Below are positions 1-11,339 of a DNA stretch of 64,000 nucleotides, in pieces. The notes under the pieces are model-generated. The model did not search any database. It worked only from the letters and a program-made list of their open reading frames with translations, and had not been told where the DNA came from. Made by a program: the position numbers and the translations under genes. The DNA comes from Hamiltosporidium tvaerminnensis FI-OER-3-3 (Eukaryota > Fungi > Microsporidia), in assembly GCA_022605425.2 (NCBI GenBank), contig JAKIMF020000005.1, positions 372,001 to 436,000 of the forward strand, in the 5' to 3' direction. Numbering within the stretch: position 1 is the first letter of the stretch; every line of letters begins with the position of its first letter.

Positions 1-989
1 TTTATAATACTACATTCTTTTTAATATATTTGTTTTTGTTTTTAATTTTTTAGATTATTTTAAATTTTTTTTTTATTATTATTTTTAATTAAGTGTTTCG
101 GTATTTATGTATTATATTTTATTAATTTAATAAAATATTCTTATGTCTTTTATCTTATATTATTTTACATTTTATTTTGTTGTATATTTACCTTGGTATT
201 TTTAGTCCTATTTTATTTAATTTATATATTTTAAAATTATTGTCTATGATTATAGTCCGACTTTTGTAATTAAATTTTAAATATTTTATCTAAAATATTT
301 TTCATTCTCACTTAACATCTGTTTCTGTCGCAATCATGTTATTTATAAACAAATTTTGTTTTAATTTTTTATTTATACTCATACGTGCCAATCTTTGATA
401 GATTAAAACAGTATGAATCGTTCTGTCTTGCGATACATGTATTATAGCTTATATATTGTAAAATACTGTATCCACTGTTGTTTGACATTTTTGTACACCG
501 AAATAAACATATTGATGCTAAGATATATTTATCGGATATATCTTACTAGCATTCTTACATTAATTATTCTTTTAATTTAATATAATGAAATTAAAATTTT
601 GTTTAAGATTTATTCTTATATAGTTTAAACTCAATAATTGATTGACCTGTTATCATATTTATTTAAAAATCTTCTTATACGAACTTAATTCTATTATTTT
701 GATCTTTAGTTACTTGGTTGTATTTAGAACTTCTAATAAAATTGAGTATCGAATAATGCCACATCTACGGCATCATTTTATTTAAAAGATTAAATTTAAT
801 CATCAATAATTGATTGAATTTATAAGAAATTTATTAGATGAATTAAATAAATGTGAAATTATATTAGGATGGAATATAAGATTTTAATTTTAGAATAAAT
901 TGTAAATACTTTTAAGGGTGTGTATAATATTGTTTTACTCATTTAATAGTATATATCTGTATATTTTTGTTAATAATTTGGTTATATTT

Positions 990-1370
990 TTACCTTTTTA
1001 TTTTTTTCCGCTCTTTAATTTAAAATCTTTAAAATTCTGGTTAATATTTTACCACTTTTTATATTTTTTCACCTTTTTAACTTTAAAATCGTTTAAAATT
1101 CTGGTTAAATATTTTTACCTTTTTTATATTTTCTTCTACCTCTTTTATTTAAAATCGTTTATAAATTCTGGTTAAATATTCTTACCTTTTTATATATTTT
1201 CTTCTACCTCTTTTAACTTTAAAAATCGTTTATAAAATTCTGGGTTAAAATATTCTTACCATTTTTATATATTTTCTTCTACCTCTTTTAACTTTAAAAA
1301 TCGTTTATAAAATTCTGGGTTAAAATATTCTTACCATTTTTATATATTTTCTTCCACCGCTTTTAAATTT
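990..1370. repeat. Imperfect tandem repeat (~55-70 bp unit, ~5-6 copies) resembling the 3' tail of the RLE non-LTR element
   Basis: Recurrent TTCTGG(G)TTAAA..TATT..TACC..TTTTATAT..TTTTCTTCTACCTCTTTTAA unit; a similar string ends the retroelement fragments at ~1960-2015 and ~35195-35255. Confidence 0.75.
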
Positions 1371-1954
1371 AAAAAAAATAAAAAAATAATTGGTTTTAGC
1401 TTCGTATAAATATTTAAAATAACACATTTTTTAAAAAAATAATAGATTTACAAAAAAAAATTCGAATGAATATTTAAAGAAAATATAAAACTAAAACCTT
1501 TGCCTATTCAAATCAAATAAAAACAAGAAATAAAAATGAAATACTTAAACCTTGGACTAAATTCTAAATTCAATTAAATAATAATTTCCAAATTTTAAGA
1601 AACAGCAATAAAAAAAAACACTAAATTTAAAATTTAGAATTCATGAAACGAAAAAAAAATTCTAGATATAAACAACCCAAATTAAGAAATAATAAAAATA
1701 TTTCTAATTCATTTCTCTTATTTATATCTATAATTTTTTTAAAAAAACCAATTAATTCTATTCATAGACTGATTATTATTCTTAAATTTCCTAAACTTTT
1801 ATTTTCTTAAAATTTGAATTTTTTATATTTTTTAGACAATTAATTCTATTAATACACCAAACGTTATTCGTAAGTTTCCTAAACTTTTATTTTCTTATAA
1901 TTTGAGTTGTTTATATTTTTTCCTTCTACCCATAAGTTTATTTTAATTATTTAA

Positions 1955-2700
1955 TAAAATTCTAGGTTAAAATGGTTTTACGATTTTTATATGTTTTCTT
2001 CTACCTCTTTAACCACTTTTGTCTCTTCTTCCAAATCCGACTCTTTATTTATGTTACTGATCGGTTCCTCTATAGTGGTTCCTCCTTGTGAAATAAAGGG
2101 TGCTTTATTTCGGTTTAAAATTTTTACCATCTTCCTTTCTCGTCTCTTCTTTTAAAGGGGGTGTTGGTTCCCCATGCATCTCTGCTCTTATAATAACACC
2201 CATTGACGCTCTCTCCCAGCTCTCCTCGGCATTTAGTCCTGACTCAAGTCCTCTTCGTCGAACAAAGGAAATTGTTTCGACTGTCTTCTTAAGTACTATA
2301 GACTGGATGTATGCCTCTACATTCATGGGTATTTCTAGTCTTTTAAGATGAGATTTATGGTATTTTGTCACAATACCGTCCCAGGTCATCACACAAGGGA
2401 TTATCTCAACACTACATTTATAAATAAGACCCAACCTATTGGCTAGGATGTCATACTTCCTAACTTTTATTAGTTATGACTATTTGAAGTGATTCTTGGA
2501 ACGTGATTCCTACTTCAATGAGTGTTATCTTATTCTTCTTCTTATCTAAAATAAATATGTCGGGTCTGTTATTCCGAATTTTAACATCAGTTTTTATTCT
2601 GGTGTCCACTCTTATCTCTGCATATTCGTTATCAAGAATTTCTTGAAATGTGTGACTCCTAATTCGTTTTGAAGACCTAAACTTATATCCATTTAAGAGA
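1955..2700 (-). mobile_element. Non-LTR retrotransposon 3' fragment with restriction-like (PD-D/ExK) endonuclease, frameshifted
   Basis: Minus strand reads NNRPDIFILDKKKNKITLIEVGIT, then after a frameshift GLIYKCSVEIIPCVMTWDGIVTKYHKSHLKRLEIP (ORF 2105..2434); homologous to 46915-47750. Confidence 0.85.
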
Positions 2701-2931
2701 AGTAAGTTTAAGAATTTATAAACATGTAAGAATTTATAAATTAGGAATTTATAATTATTATTTAATAAAATGCTGGGTTAACAAATTTTTCTTTTTTTAA
2801 ATAATTCTTTTCACCAGGAATTTATAAACATTTAAGAATCTTAAAACATTTAAAATTTATAAAAACCGGTAAAAAAAGTTATAAAAAAAAACGTGTAAAT
2901 TAATTTTATCACTCATTTATTAAGAAACCCC

Positions 2932-4419
2932 ATGCACAAAGAAAAACTCGGACAAGCACTTATAAATAGAAGATTTGGACAAAAAAATATTAAAAAAGAA
3001 AACAAAACACCTTTTTCAGTTGTAGACCAAGCAAATATAGACAGATTATTTGAGAAACTAGAAATATCTAAAAAAGATATATCTGCACTTAATTCTAGAA
3101 ATATACAAGAAGAACGTACAGAAGATCCTTTAGATTTGATATATAAAAGATGTGTAGATGTATTTCCCTTGAATCTTTCTATTCCACCTCGTGTAAATTT
3201 TACAGAAAAAATTTCTATAACTGATTTTCAAGATCTAGAAAAAAGAATATTTAATAAATGGAAAGACGAACATAAAAATGTCATATTTGAACGTAATTTA
3301 GAAATTTGGAGACAGTTTTGGATTACTTGTGAAAAAAGTGATGTAATTGTTCAAATAATAGATTGTAGAAATATTTTATTTTTTTTCAATAAAGATATTA
3401 TCAATCTGTACCCGAAAAAAAAACATTTGATTGTTTTAAATAAATCAGATTTAATCAAAAACACAGAACAAATAGAAATTCAAATAAAAATGTTAATAGA
3501 AGAATATAGTAAAGAATATCATAAAGAAAATAGTAGAGAAAATAGTAAAGAAAATAAAGAAAATTATAAAGAATTAAGTAAAGAATATAATAAAGAATTA
3601 AGTAAAGATGAATTTACTAAAGATAAATATTCTACGGAAGAAAATATTAAAGAATATATTACAGTTAATCATACTACAGATAAATATACTACAGTTAATC
3701 ATACTAAAAAAGAAGATATTAAATCTCCTTCTAATGAAATACCAAATGTCCAATGGTTGGTATTTTCATGTCAAAATAATAAATATTTAGAAGATCTTAA
3801 AAATATTTTTATAAAATATAATGAAACAGGAAATTCTACTTTTGGAATGATTGGATATCCAAATGTAGGCAAAAGTAGTTCTATAAATACACTTTTACAG
3901 ATAAAAAAAGTAGGGGTAAGTAAAACACCTGGTAAGACAAAAAGACTTCAAAGTTTAAATTTTAATTTAAATAATATAAAATTTACACTTTTAGACTGTC
4001 CTGGTCTAATATTTCCTACCCATCAAAAAACCTCTTTGATTTTAAATTCCATTTTAAATGTTGACCAAATGAAAGATTTAATAAAATTTAGTAATCAGAT
4101 AATACAGCATTTCGGTATTAAAAGATTGTGTAAGTTTTATAATATAAATGAATTTAAAAATGATTCTAGATACGATATAAATACAAATTTTTTTAATCAA
4201 ATGATTAAAATTAAAAATATAGATTTTGGTAAATGTATTAAAAAAATAGTTAAAGATTTTATTGATAATAAACTTACTTTAGAAATTGAAGAACAAGATA
4301 TTGATTTGACTATAAATTATGATTGGTATGGTTTTGGTGATAAGAGTAAAAGTAAAGAAATAAAAAAAGGAAAAAAAGTTTATAAAAAAATACGACGACA
4401 TATTATTTTAGGGAAATAA
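2932..4419 (+). CDS. LSG1: Large-subunit GTPase 1 (circularly permuted GTPase, 60S maturation)
   Basis: FERNLEIWRQFW, DVIVQIIDCR, NKSD (G4) preceding GYPNVGKSS (G1), SKTPGKTK, DCPG (G3); CCCC directly before ATG. Confidence 0.92.
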   Translation: MHKEKLGQALINRRFGQKNIKKENKTPFSVVDQANIDRLFEKLEISKKDISALNSRNIQEERTEDPLDLIYKRCVDVFPLNLSIPPRVNFTEKISITDFQDLEKRIFNKWKDEHKNVIFERNLEIWRQFWITCEKSDVIVQIIDCRNILFFFNKDIINLYPKKKHLIVLNKSDLIKNTEQIEIQIKMLIEEYSKEYHKENSRENSKENKENYKELSKEYNKELSKDEFTKDKYSTEENIKEYITVNHTTDKYTTVNHTKKEDIKSPSNEIPNVQWLVFSCQNNKYLEDLKNIFIKYNETGNSTFGMIGYPNVGKSSSINTLLQIKKVGVSKTPGKTKRLQSLNFNLNNIKFTLLDCPGLIFPTHQKTSLILNSILNVDQMKDLIKFSNQIIQHFGIKRLCKFYNINEFKNDSRYDINTNFFNQMIKIKNIDFGKCIKKIVKDFIDNKLTLEIEEQDIDLTINYDWYGFGDKSKSKEIKKGKKVYKKIRRHIILGK

Positions 4420-4630
4420 AAAGTAAAGAAATAAAAAGGAAAAAAATACGAAGACATATTATTTTAGGGAAATAGAAGGAATAAAAAAAGAAATAAAAAA
4501 AGGAAAAAAAGTTTATAAAAAAATACGAAGACATATTATTTTAGGGAAATAAAAAGTAATTAAAAGGGAATTAAAAGTAAAGAAATAAAAAGGAAAAAAT
4601 ACGAAGACATATTATTTTAGGGAAATAAAA
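4350..4630 (+). repeat. Four imperfect tandem copies of the LSG1 3' end including the stop codon
   Basis: AAATACGA(C/A)GACATATTATTTTAGGGAAATA recurs 4 times. Confidence 0.9.
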
Positions 4631-4995
4631 GGAATAAATATTTTAAGTGTTTGGTTTTTTTTGTTTTAGATTGTGTTTGTTTTTTTGGTTTTTTAGTATT
4701 TTTTTTATTTTCTGTTAATTTTTTACATTTTCCTATGTTTTTTTACATTCTTTTAATTTCTCGTAATTCTTGTAATAGTTTAGGGATCTTAGTATTTAAT
4801 TTCTGTTATGTTTAATATTTTTTGCGGAAAACCACGAATTTTTAGTCCAAAAACTATTTTTTTTAAAAAACAGCAAATTTTTATTCCAAAAACTATTTTT
4901 TAAAAAATAGCAAATTTCAATTATAAAAACATTTAAAAAAACAGCAAATTTTTATACGAAAAATATTAAAAAAAACAACGAATTTTTCTCCCCAA

Positions 4996-5856
4996 ATGGA
5001 GCAACTAATCTATGCCATAAAAAATATAGAAAAGTGTAGTATTATGCCAGATGAAATAATAATTGATGGTAAATTTTATAAAAGAAATATTCCTGTGCAT
5101 TTAAAGACAAAATTAAAACGTACATACACATTATGCGAGATACTATTCTACATTCTAAACAAGCGATCAACAAGTGCTGAGTATTTAAGATCATGTAACA
5201 AAAACAATATAAGTCCTATTGATTACACAGACAGAAAATTATTAAATGATGAAATAAATTCCTATTGTTCTTTTGATGAATCCAATTCAGTTTTAGATGA
5301 GATAGAATCGAGATATATTTGTAATAAAGATTTTTCGTATATTTTTGATATTTTGAAGAATTTAGAAAATAAAAAAGAAGAAAAAATTGTTTTAATCGAT
5401 ACGTTTAGAATAATTGTTCCATCTTCTGTCAAATCACTTATTACTGTAAATAATGTTAAAGATTTTTTGGAAAAAAGTAAATTTTTAGAAAGTAATTTGG
5501 AAGATATTTTTTGTTCTTCTTCTAAATGTACAGTTAGTATTGATGGTGTACAGTTTGATGTGTATGATGATGTTAAAAGTTTTACATCTGAAGATTGGAA
5601 ATCTGTGGTTGCTATTTTTGTAGATGGAAGTTCTTGGCAATTTAAGAATTGGAAAGATAAAAATTTAGCTGAAATTTTTTGTAATACAGCTGTATTTTTT
5701 GTAAGATATGATAATATGGAGATGGCTAGTGAAATACAAGGATATAATATTGAAAATGTGGTGGTAGATAAGAAAAATAAAAGTTTAAAAAAAGAAGATT
5801 TTGAAAGAATTCGTAGAGATATTTTGAAGGTTGTAGAATTAAAGAGGAGGTTGTAG
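4996..5856 (+). CDS. CDC73: Paf1 complex subunit Cdc73/parafibromin
   Basis: C-terminal domain motifs IIVPSSVKSLITVNNVKDFLE and DWKSVVAIFVDGSSWQFKNW; CCCC motif upstream. Confidence 0.88.
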   Translation: MEQLIYAIKNIEKCSIMPDEIIIDGKFYKRNIPVHLKTKLKRTYTLCEILFYILNKRSTSAEYLRSCNKNNISPIDYTDRKLLNDEINSYCSFDESNSVLDEIESRYICNKDFSYIFDILKNLENKKEEKIVLIDTFRIIVPSSVKSLITVNNVKDFLEKSKFLESNLEDIFCSSSKCTVSIDGVQFDVYDDVKSFTSEDWKSVVAIFVDGSSWQFKNWKDKNLAEIFCNTAVFFVRYDNMEMASEIQGYNIENVVVDKKNKSLKKEDFERIRRDILKVVELKRRL

Positions 5857-5949
5857 AATTAAAGAGGAGTATGTAGAATTAAAGAGGAGGTTTTAGAATT
5901 AAAGAGGAGGTTGTAGAATTAAAGAGGAGGTTTTAGAATTAAAGGAGGT
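5828..5949 (+). repeat. 20-bp tandem repeat x6 overlapping the CDC73 stop codon
   Basis: TTGTAGAATTAAAGAGGAGG unit with period 20. Confidence 0.95.
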
Positions 5950-6131
5950 TTTTTTTATTAAAAAATTGTTATTAATTATTCTTAAAAATTAATTTTATAA
6001 CTAAAAATTTATTTTTTTTAATTTAAGTAATATAATTGTGATAATTGAAAGAAAATATATTTTTAAAATCACAGATGATGATTATTTATTTTCATCAAAA
6101 AATCAAAAAAAAAATTTAAAAATCAAAAAAT

Positions 6132-6604
6132 TATCACTTTACTCATTAATTTTTTAAAAATTCTATCCTTTATCACTTTACTCATGGATTTTTTTTAAAA
6201 TTCTAACTTTTATCACTTTACTCATTGATTTTTTAAAAATTCTATCTTTTATCACTTTACTCATTGATTTTTTAAAAATTCTATCTTTTATCACTTTACT
6301 CATTGATTTTTTAAAAATTCTAACTTTTATCACTTTACTCATTGATTTTTTAAAAATTCTATCTTTTATCACTTTACTTATTGATTTTTTAAAAATTCTA
6401 TCTTTTATCACTTTACTCATTGATTTTTTAGAAATTCTATCCTTTATCAATTACTCATTAATTTTTTAAAAATTCTATCCTTTATCACTTTACTCATGGA
6501 TTTTTTAAAAATTCTATCTTTTATCACTTTACTCATTGACTTTTTAAAAAAACTATCCTTTATCACTTTACTTATTGATTTTTTAAGAACTCTATCTTCT
6601 ATCA
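6132..6604. repeat. ~39-bp minisatellite, ~12 copies
   Basis: TATCACTTTACTCATTGATTTTTTAAAAATTCTATCTTT unit; produces the repetitive ORF 6178..6450. Confidence 0.95.
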
Positions 6605-6691
6605 CTCTTCATTTTTAGTTTAATTTAAACTATCTTTTTTCTTGAAATATAAAAATATATAAATCATAAATTTTACCCCTTCATTTTAGAA

Positions 6692-7582
6692 ATGTCTATC
6701 GATAAATCAAACAAAGAGAAACGCAAGAAAAGTTTTTTAACGAAATTTATAAAAAATAGAATTTGTTGTAATTCACAGACATCTTTAGACAATTTTGATG
6801 AATCAATTTTTAGAAGTGACAAAATATTTAAAAATATATATTTACAAACAAAAGATAGTACAATCATTGGGGCATGGTTGATAAGTCCAATAGAAATAAA
6901 TCAAAATACCAAATATGCTGTACTTTTACATGGTAATGCATCTAATAGAAGAACTTTTTGTGAAAATTTTGAAATTGAAAATTTTATTGAAATGAATTAT
7001 TGTGTTATTGTACCCGATTACCGTGAATTTGGTGATTCTAAAGGAGTATTTACAGTAGAAGGAGTTATATATGACTTAGAAAGATGTATAGAATATATGT
7101 ATAAGACATATAATACTGACTCTGTTAGTATTATTTCGTATTCTTTAGGAACAGCAGTTACTTTAGAATTTTATAAATATTTTTGTACAAAATATTTAGA
7201 ATCCAAAGAAAATGAAAATAATTTTTATTCTATTGAATTACCAAAAATAGTTTTAATTTCTCCATTTTCTTCCACAATAAAAATTTTACAAGAATCTAGA
7301 TTATGGAATTTTATTAATAAATTATTTCCAAAAACGGAAGATAAAATACGAGAAGAATTTAATTTTAATTCTATTGATAATATAAAATGTGTAGATAAAC
7401 GTAATGTTATTATATTTCATGGATCAGAAGATATTATTGTTCCATTTTCGCATGGACTTGAACTTTCATTACGAAATGGATGTAAAATTTATAGATGTAA
7501 TGGAGATGACCATATTTCTATAATGCTTAATCCCAATGTATGGAATAATATTAATCTTTTCTTACGAGAAGAAAATAATTAA
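6692..7582 (+). CDS. Alpha/beta hydrolase, ABHD12/ABHD13/Bem46-like
   Basis: LHGNASNR, PDYREFGDSKG, nucleophile SYSLGT (S-x-S-x-G variant), HGSEDIIVP, catalytic His in GDDH. Confidence 0.85.
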   Translation: MSIDKSNKEKRKKSFLTKFIKNRICCNSQTSLDNFDESIFRSDKIFKNIYLQTKDSTIIGAWLISPIEINQNTKYAVLLHGNASNRRTFCENFEIENFIEMNYCVIVPDYREFGDSKGVFTVEGVIYDLERCIEYMYKTYNTDSVSIISYSLGTAVTLEFYKYFCTKYLESKENENNFYSIELPKIVLISPFSSTIKILQESRLWNFINKLFPKTEDKIREEFNFNSIDNIKCVDKRNVIIFHGSEDIIVPFSHGLELSLRNGCKIYRCNGDDHISIMLNPNVWNNINLFLREENN

Positions 7583-7734
7583 ACACAGATGTAACTTTAT
7601 TTTTAATTGAGTTATCTATTTTCTATTTAAAGAAGAATTTAATTTAATTAATTTTGATTTTTTTTGGTTATTTTAGAGTCTCTTTTGTGAGAAATTGAAT
7701 GAAAATTTTTAATATTTTTATATCTTCAAAATAC

Positions 7735-7808
7735 ATGTAATTAGAGTAAATCATTTGTGTAATTAGAGTAAATCATTTGTGTAATTGGAGTAAATCATTT
7801 GTGTAATT
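7735..7808. repeat. Short tandem repeat (~22 bp x3)
   Basis: TGTAATT(A/G)GAGTAAATCATTTG repeated. Confidence 0.9.
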
Positions 7809-7861
7809 GAAAAAATAAATTTTTCGAACAGCTGATTTTGATGATTTTATATAATTTTAGA

Positions 7862-8340
7862 ATGGTGAAGAGAGGATAACCACATTAAAAACTATCTGTT
7901 TGGTAATGAGTGTATACAATCTGTATTAAAATCATTGCTGCCATTTTGGTAGGATATAAACCACACTGTATCTATAGGCCAATCTCCTATAATCTCGAGT
8001 TATACTGATTAAAAGAAACAAAAGAGGAATTTTCATTCGTTTATCTTTGATAGTAAAGGTAAAAGAGGAATTAAATAAGAAATATATAAATTTAACAAAA
8101 AATTTTGTTTTTTGGGATATATTTTTCTTTTTAGACTTAAAAAAAACCAATGAAAAAGCTTGCCAAGAGGAAAGCTATATTTCTTTATATCTTGCGTGAT
8201 TCTTCTATAATTGTCTGTCCTATGAATTGGTTTTCGTCATTACCGCTAAACTTAATAAAAAACCAAGATTGAATTTATTCGCTTTTAAGATGTAAACATT
8301 TCAGTTCAAACAAATTATACATAATTGTAATATATCAAAG
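7862..8340 (+). repeat. Degenerate copy of dispersed repeat family A
   Basis: GGATAACCACATTAAAAAC..TGGTAATGAGTGT matches the 5' end of the copies at 30465 and 50311; right boundary approximate. Confidence 0.6.
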
Positions 8341-11339
8341 TCTGGGGGACCTAAAATTATCTAAAATTATAAAAGCAGAAGGTATATTCTACTTTTATAC
8401 AAAAATAAGAAGAAAGATTTCTTGTTGAAATTTTCGAGCAATACTCTGACCAAGACTCCCCTTGAAAGGTTTAATTGGTTAAAAAACCACTAGAAACCAA
8501 TAATGGTGTTCCAATTAAGAAAATTATTCTATTAATTTGTTTATAAATCTCACAGAACCAATAATAATGACCAAAGGTAGAACATAAAATATCTTGAAAC
8601 GTTTGATTGGTTCAAAAAATATATTCGCACTAATTATTGATTTAAAAAGGCTTTTTGGATTTTAGTAAGTTGCCAAACATAGTATAAATAAACATTTTTT
8701 TTGGTTTTTATAACGTAAAATTCAATGTAATGATTTCTTTAGAATTTCATTTTAAGCTTTTTACCAATATATAAGTATTCTACTATAGAATCAATATAAA
8801 AAGACTTTTTCGTATTTCTTTTTTCGTTTTGTGAGTAATAATTTCCTAACAATTTGTTTATAAAAATATTGAATAACTACTTTATCAAATTAAAAATTAC
8901 TAAAAGAAGATAACTAGGAGATATACAAAGAACGAATTAACTTATATAAAATACGCCTGTAAAGAGTTTCATACTAATAAATTTTAACTAGAAAGAAGAT
9001 AACTTATATAAAATACGTCTGTAAAGAGTTTCATACTAATAAATTTTAACTAGAAAGAATATAGAATGTGGTAAAAATAGAGTCAATGTATGCAGAATAA
9101 GTACAAAACCATGCTAGTGCTCTGACAAAATTTAAAAATAAATAGATCAGAAGAGCAGCAATTCTTAAATCTTTAATAAGAAGAAGCTAAAGGAAAGGCT
9201 ATTTTCGGAAATGAAATACTCGAAGATTTACGAGAAAACAGATTGGCAAGGGTATAAAATCTCAAGTGAAAATTATTAATGGCTAATATAATAGATTTAC
9301 GAAGATGCATCTTGAATTCCATTTTTTTTATTGAATACAAAATAAAACCGTTCTCAGGTTAAACAGCTAGTTATAATAAAGGAAGAATTAGCAGAGAATA
9401 GAACTGACTTTATAGAAAAATTATTGCCTTTAAAATTCATGGAACTAGATAATTGAATTTATCGAAGCGAAGAATATTTTGTTTGAAAAAAAATCGTTCT
9501 TTTTTTTCTGAATCGCAGCCTTTATGTCATTACTTGCGGATTAACAGTAAAAAGAAAGATTTTAAAGTGCAAGAATATGAAACGTGTGATCAAAGCAAGT
9601 ATTTCAGAATATTTTATTTGTGAATAGTTTCCTTATGAAATCAACGAGATTTAAACATTAAATGGTCTGGAATTTCCCTAAAACAATGTATAAACCTGAA
9701 AATATTATTGGCAAAAAATGGAAGAGGTGTAATATTCAATATGTCTGAATATCGTATGAAACGAGCGTAGAATAACCGGGTTTCATGTATTAAAAAACAT
9801 AGACCAAATATAGACACGAAGACGTGACTTCGAATTCGTTTTTTGTCTATTTGAATACGACTAAGTGGTTTTTAAAAAAGCAAGATTTCCAAATAACGAT
9901 GTTCTAAAATAATTCTAATGTTTATAAATAATCTTGAAATACTTTAGAAATGTTATTTAATTTTTAAAAAATGGTCATAACAATAACTATTATTGGAAAT
10001 AATTACTTTTTAGATTTAGATTTTTACGGTCTTTAGTTATTCTCTGGTGGTAACCTGCTAATTTAAAATCATAGAATACTTTTTAAGTAACAGAAAACAA
10101 ATTTCAAATTTTATTATTTGTAAAGGTTATGTTTACGATTACGTTATTTATGTAATATACTTTATTTAAAAGACGGTAGTCACCAGATATTTTATTCTCT
10201 ATCTATTAAATACCCGTGGCTTCAAAAAAAATATGATATTTCGGAATTATAGAATTAGAAAGGTATATTTTCAATTGAAAACCAAGTTATATCATAAAAA
10301 ATTATAATATTAAATATAGAATTAAATTTTTTTATCATTTTCCTTCACATTTCATGTCTTAAATAAGCTTCTCATTAATGTACATTATAGTTATATTAGA
10401 ATATATTATTCAATAAATTTCTTAGGTAAATTTTAATCAATAATGATTTATATCATCTATTAAAGATTTGGTATTTGACTAAAATGTAGATTTTAGTATT
10501 TAATTTTATTTGTATTTATTATATTTGAATTAAATATTTAGTATTTAAAAGTTGATATTAAATTTGGATTATTTTATTAAATGGTTTTCAAAACCATTGT
10601 GTTTTGGATAAAAATATGGATTTGATATTAAATGTAGATTAATTTATTATAAGGTATTCCAAATTAACACTTTTAAAGTAATTTTTTTATTAAATTATTT
10701 AATTTAAATCTATCAGTTTAATATCAAATCATTTTCCGATGTGATATTTAATAATATTTGCGGCATAGTTTATTTTCATCCTACGAAACTCTATAATACA
10801 TTTAAAACACAGTATTATATCGATTTCATATGTCTAGAACCGCACGTGTTGTCTTATATCGGGCAAGGCATGGATCCCAAAATTCGAATAGAATCGAAGG
10901 AAAATTTCAAATATTGGGTTTTTTTAAATTCAATAATATGTTTTTAAGTCCAAATTAACAATAAAACGTGAAGGTGTTTTTTCTTCAAAATCTATTGTCT
11001 CTGAAGAATATATATGTGATAAAAAAAATTCAAACTGGGCAAATTCAGACATTTCGGAATGATTTTGAACAAAAGCGTGGATGTCGTAATGAGATATATC
11101 TGAATTTACTAATAAATATAATTTTTTATGAAAAAAAAACTATTTGAACAAGTCTACTTGTCGAATTCTTTCCAATTTTCTTTATAACTTCCGTTTTTTT
11201 TTATATTTTGCCTAAAAAAAGTTCAAAAATATTAAACTTGATGCAATAATACAGATAAAAGATAAAATGATGAAAATAAAAATTCTTTTTAGAAGAATCT
11301 CATATTTAAATTATAAATTTAATAATAATTTAAAAATTT

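Noticed and set aside
6178-6450. 90-aa repetitive ORF (MSKVIKDRIFKKS)n
   Set aside because: By-product of the 39-bp minisatellite; non-ATG start and no CCC motif
5828-6604. Possible CRISPR-like arrays
   Set aside because: Units are contiguous with no unique spacers, the context is eukaryotic, and no cas genes are present
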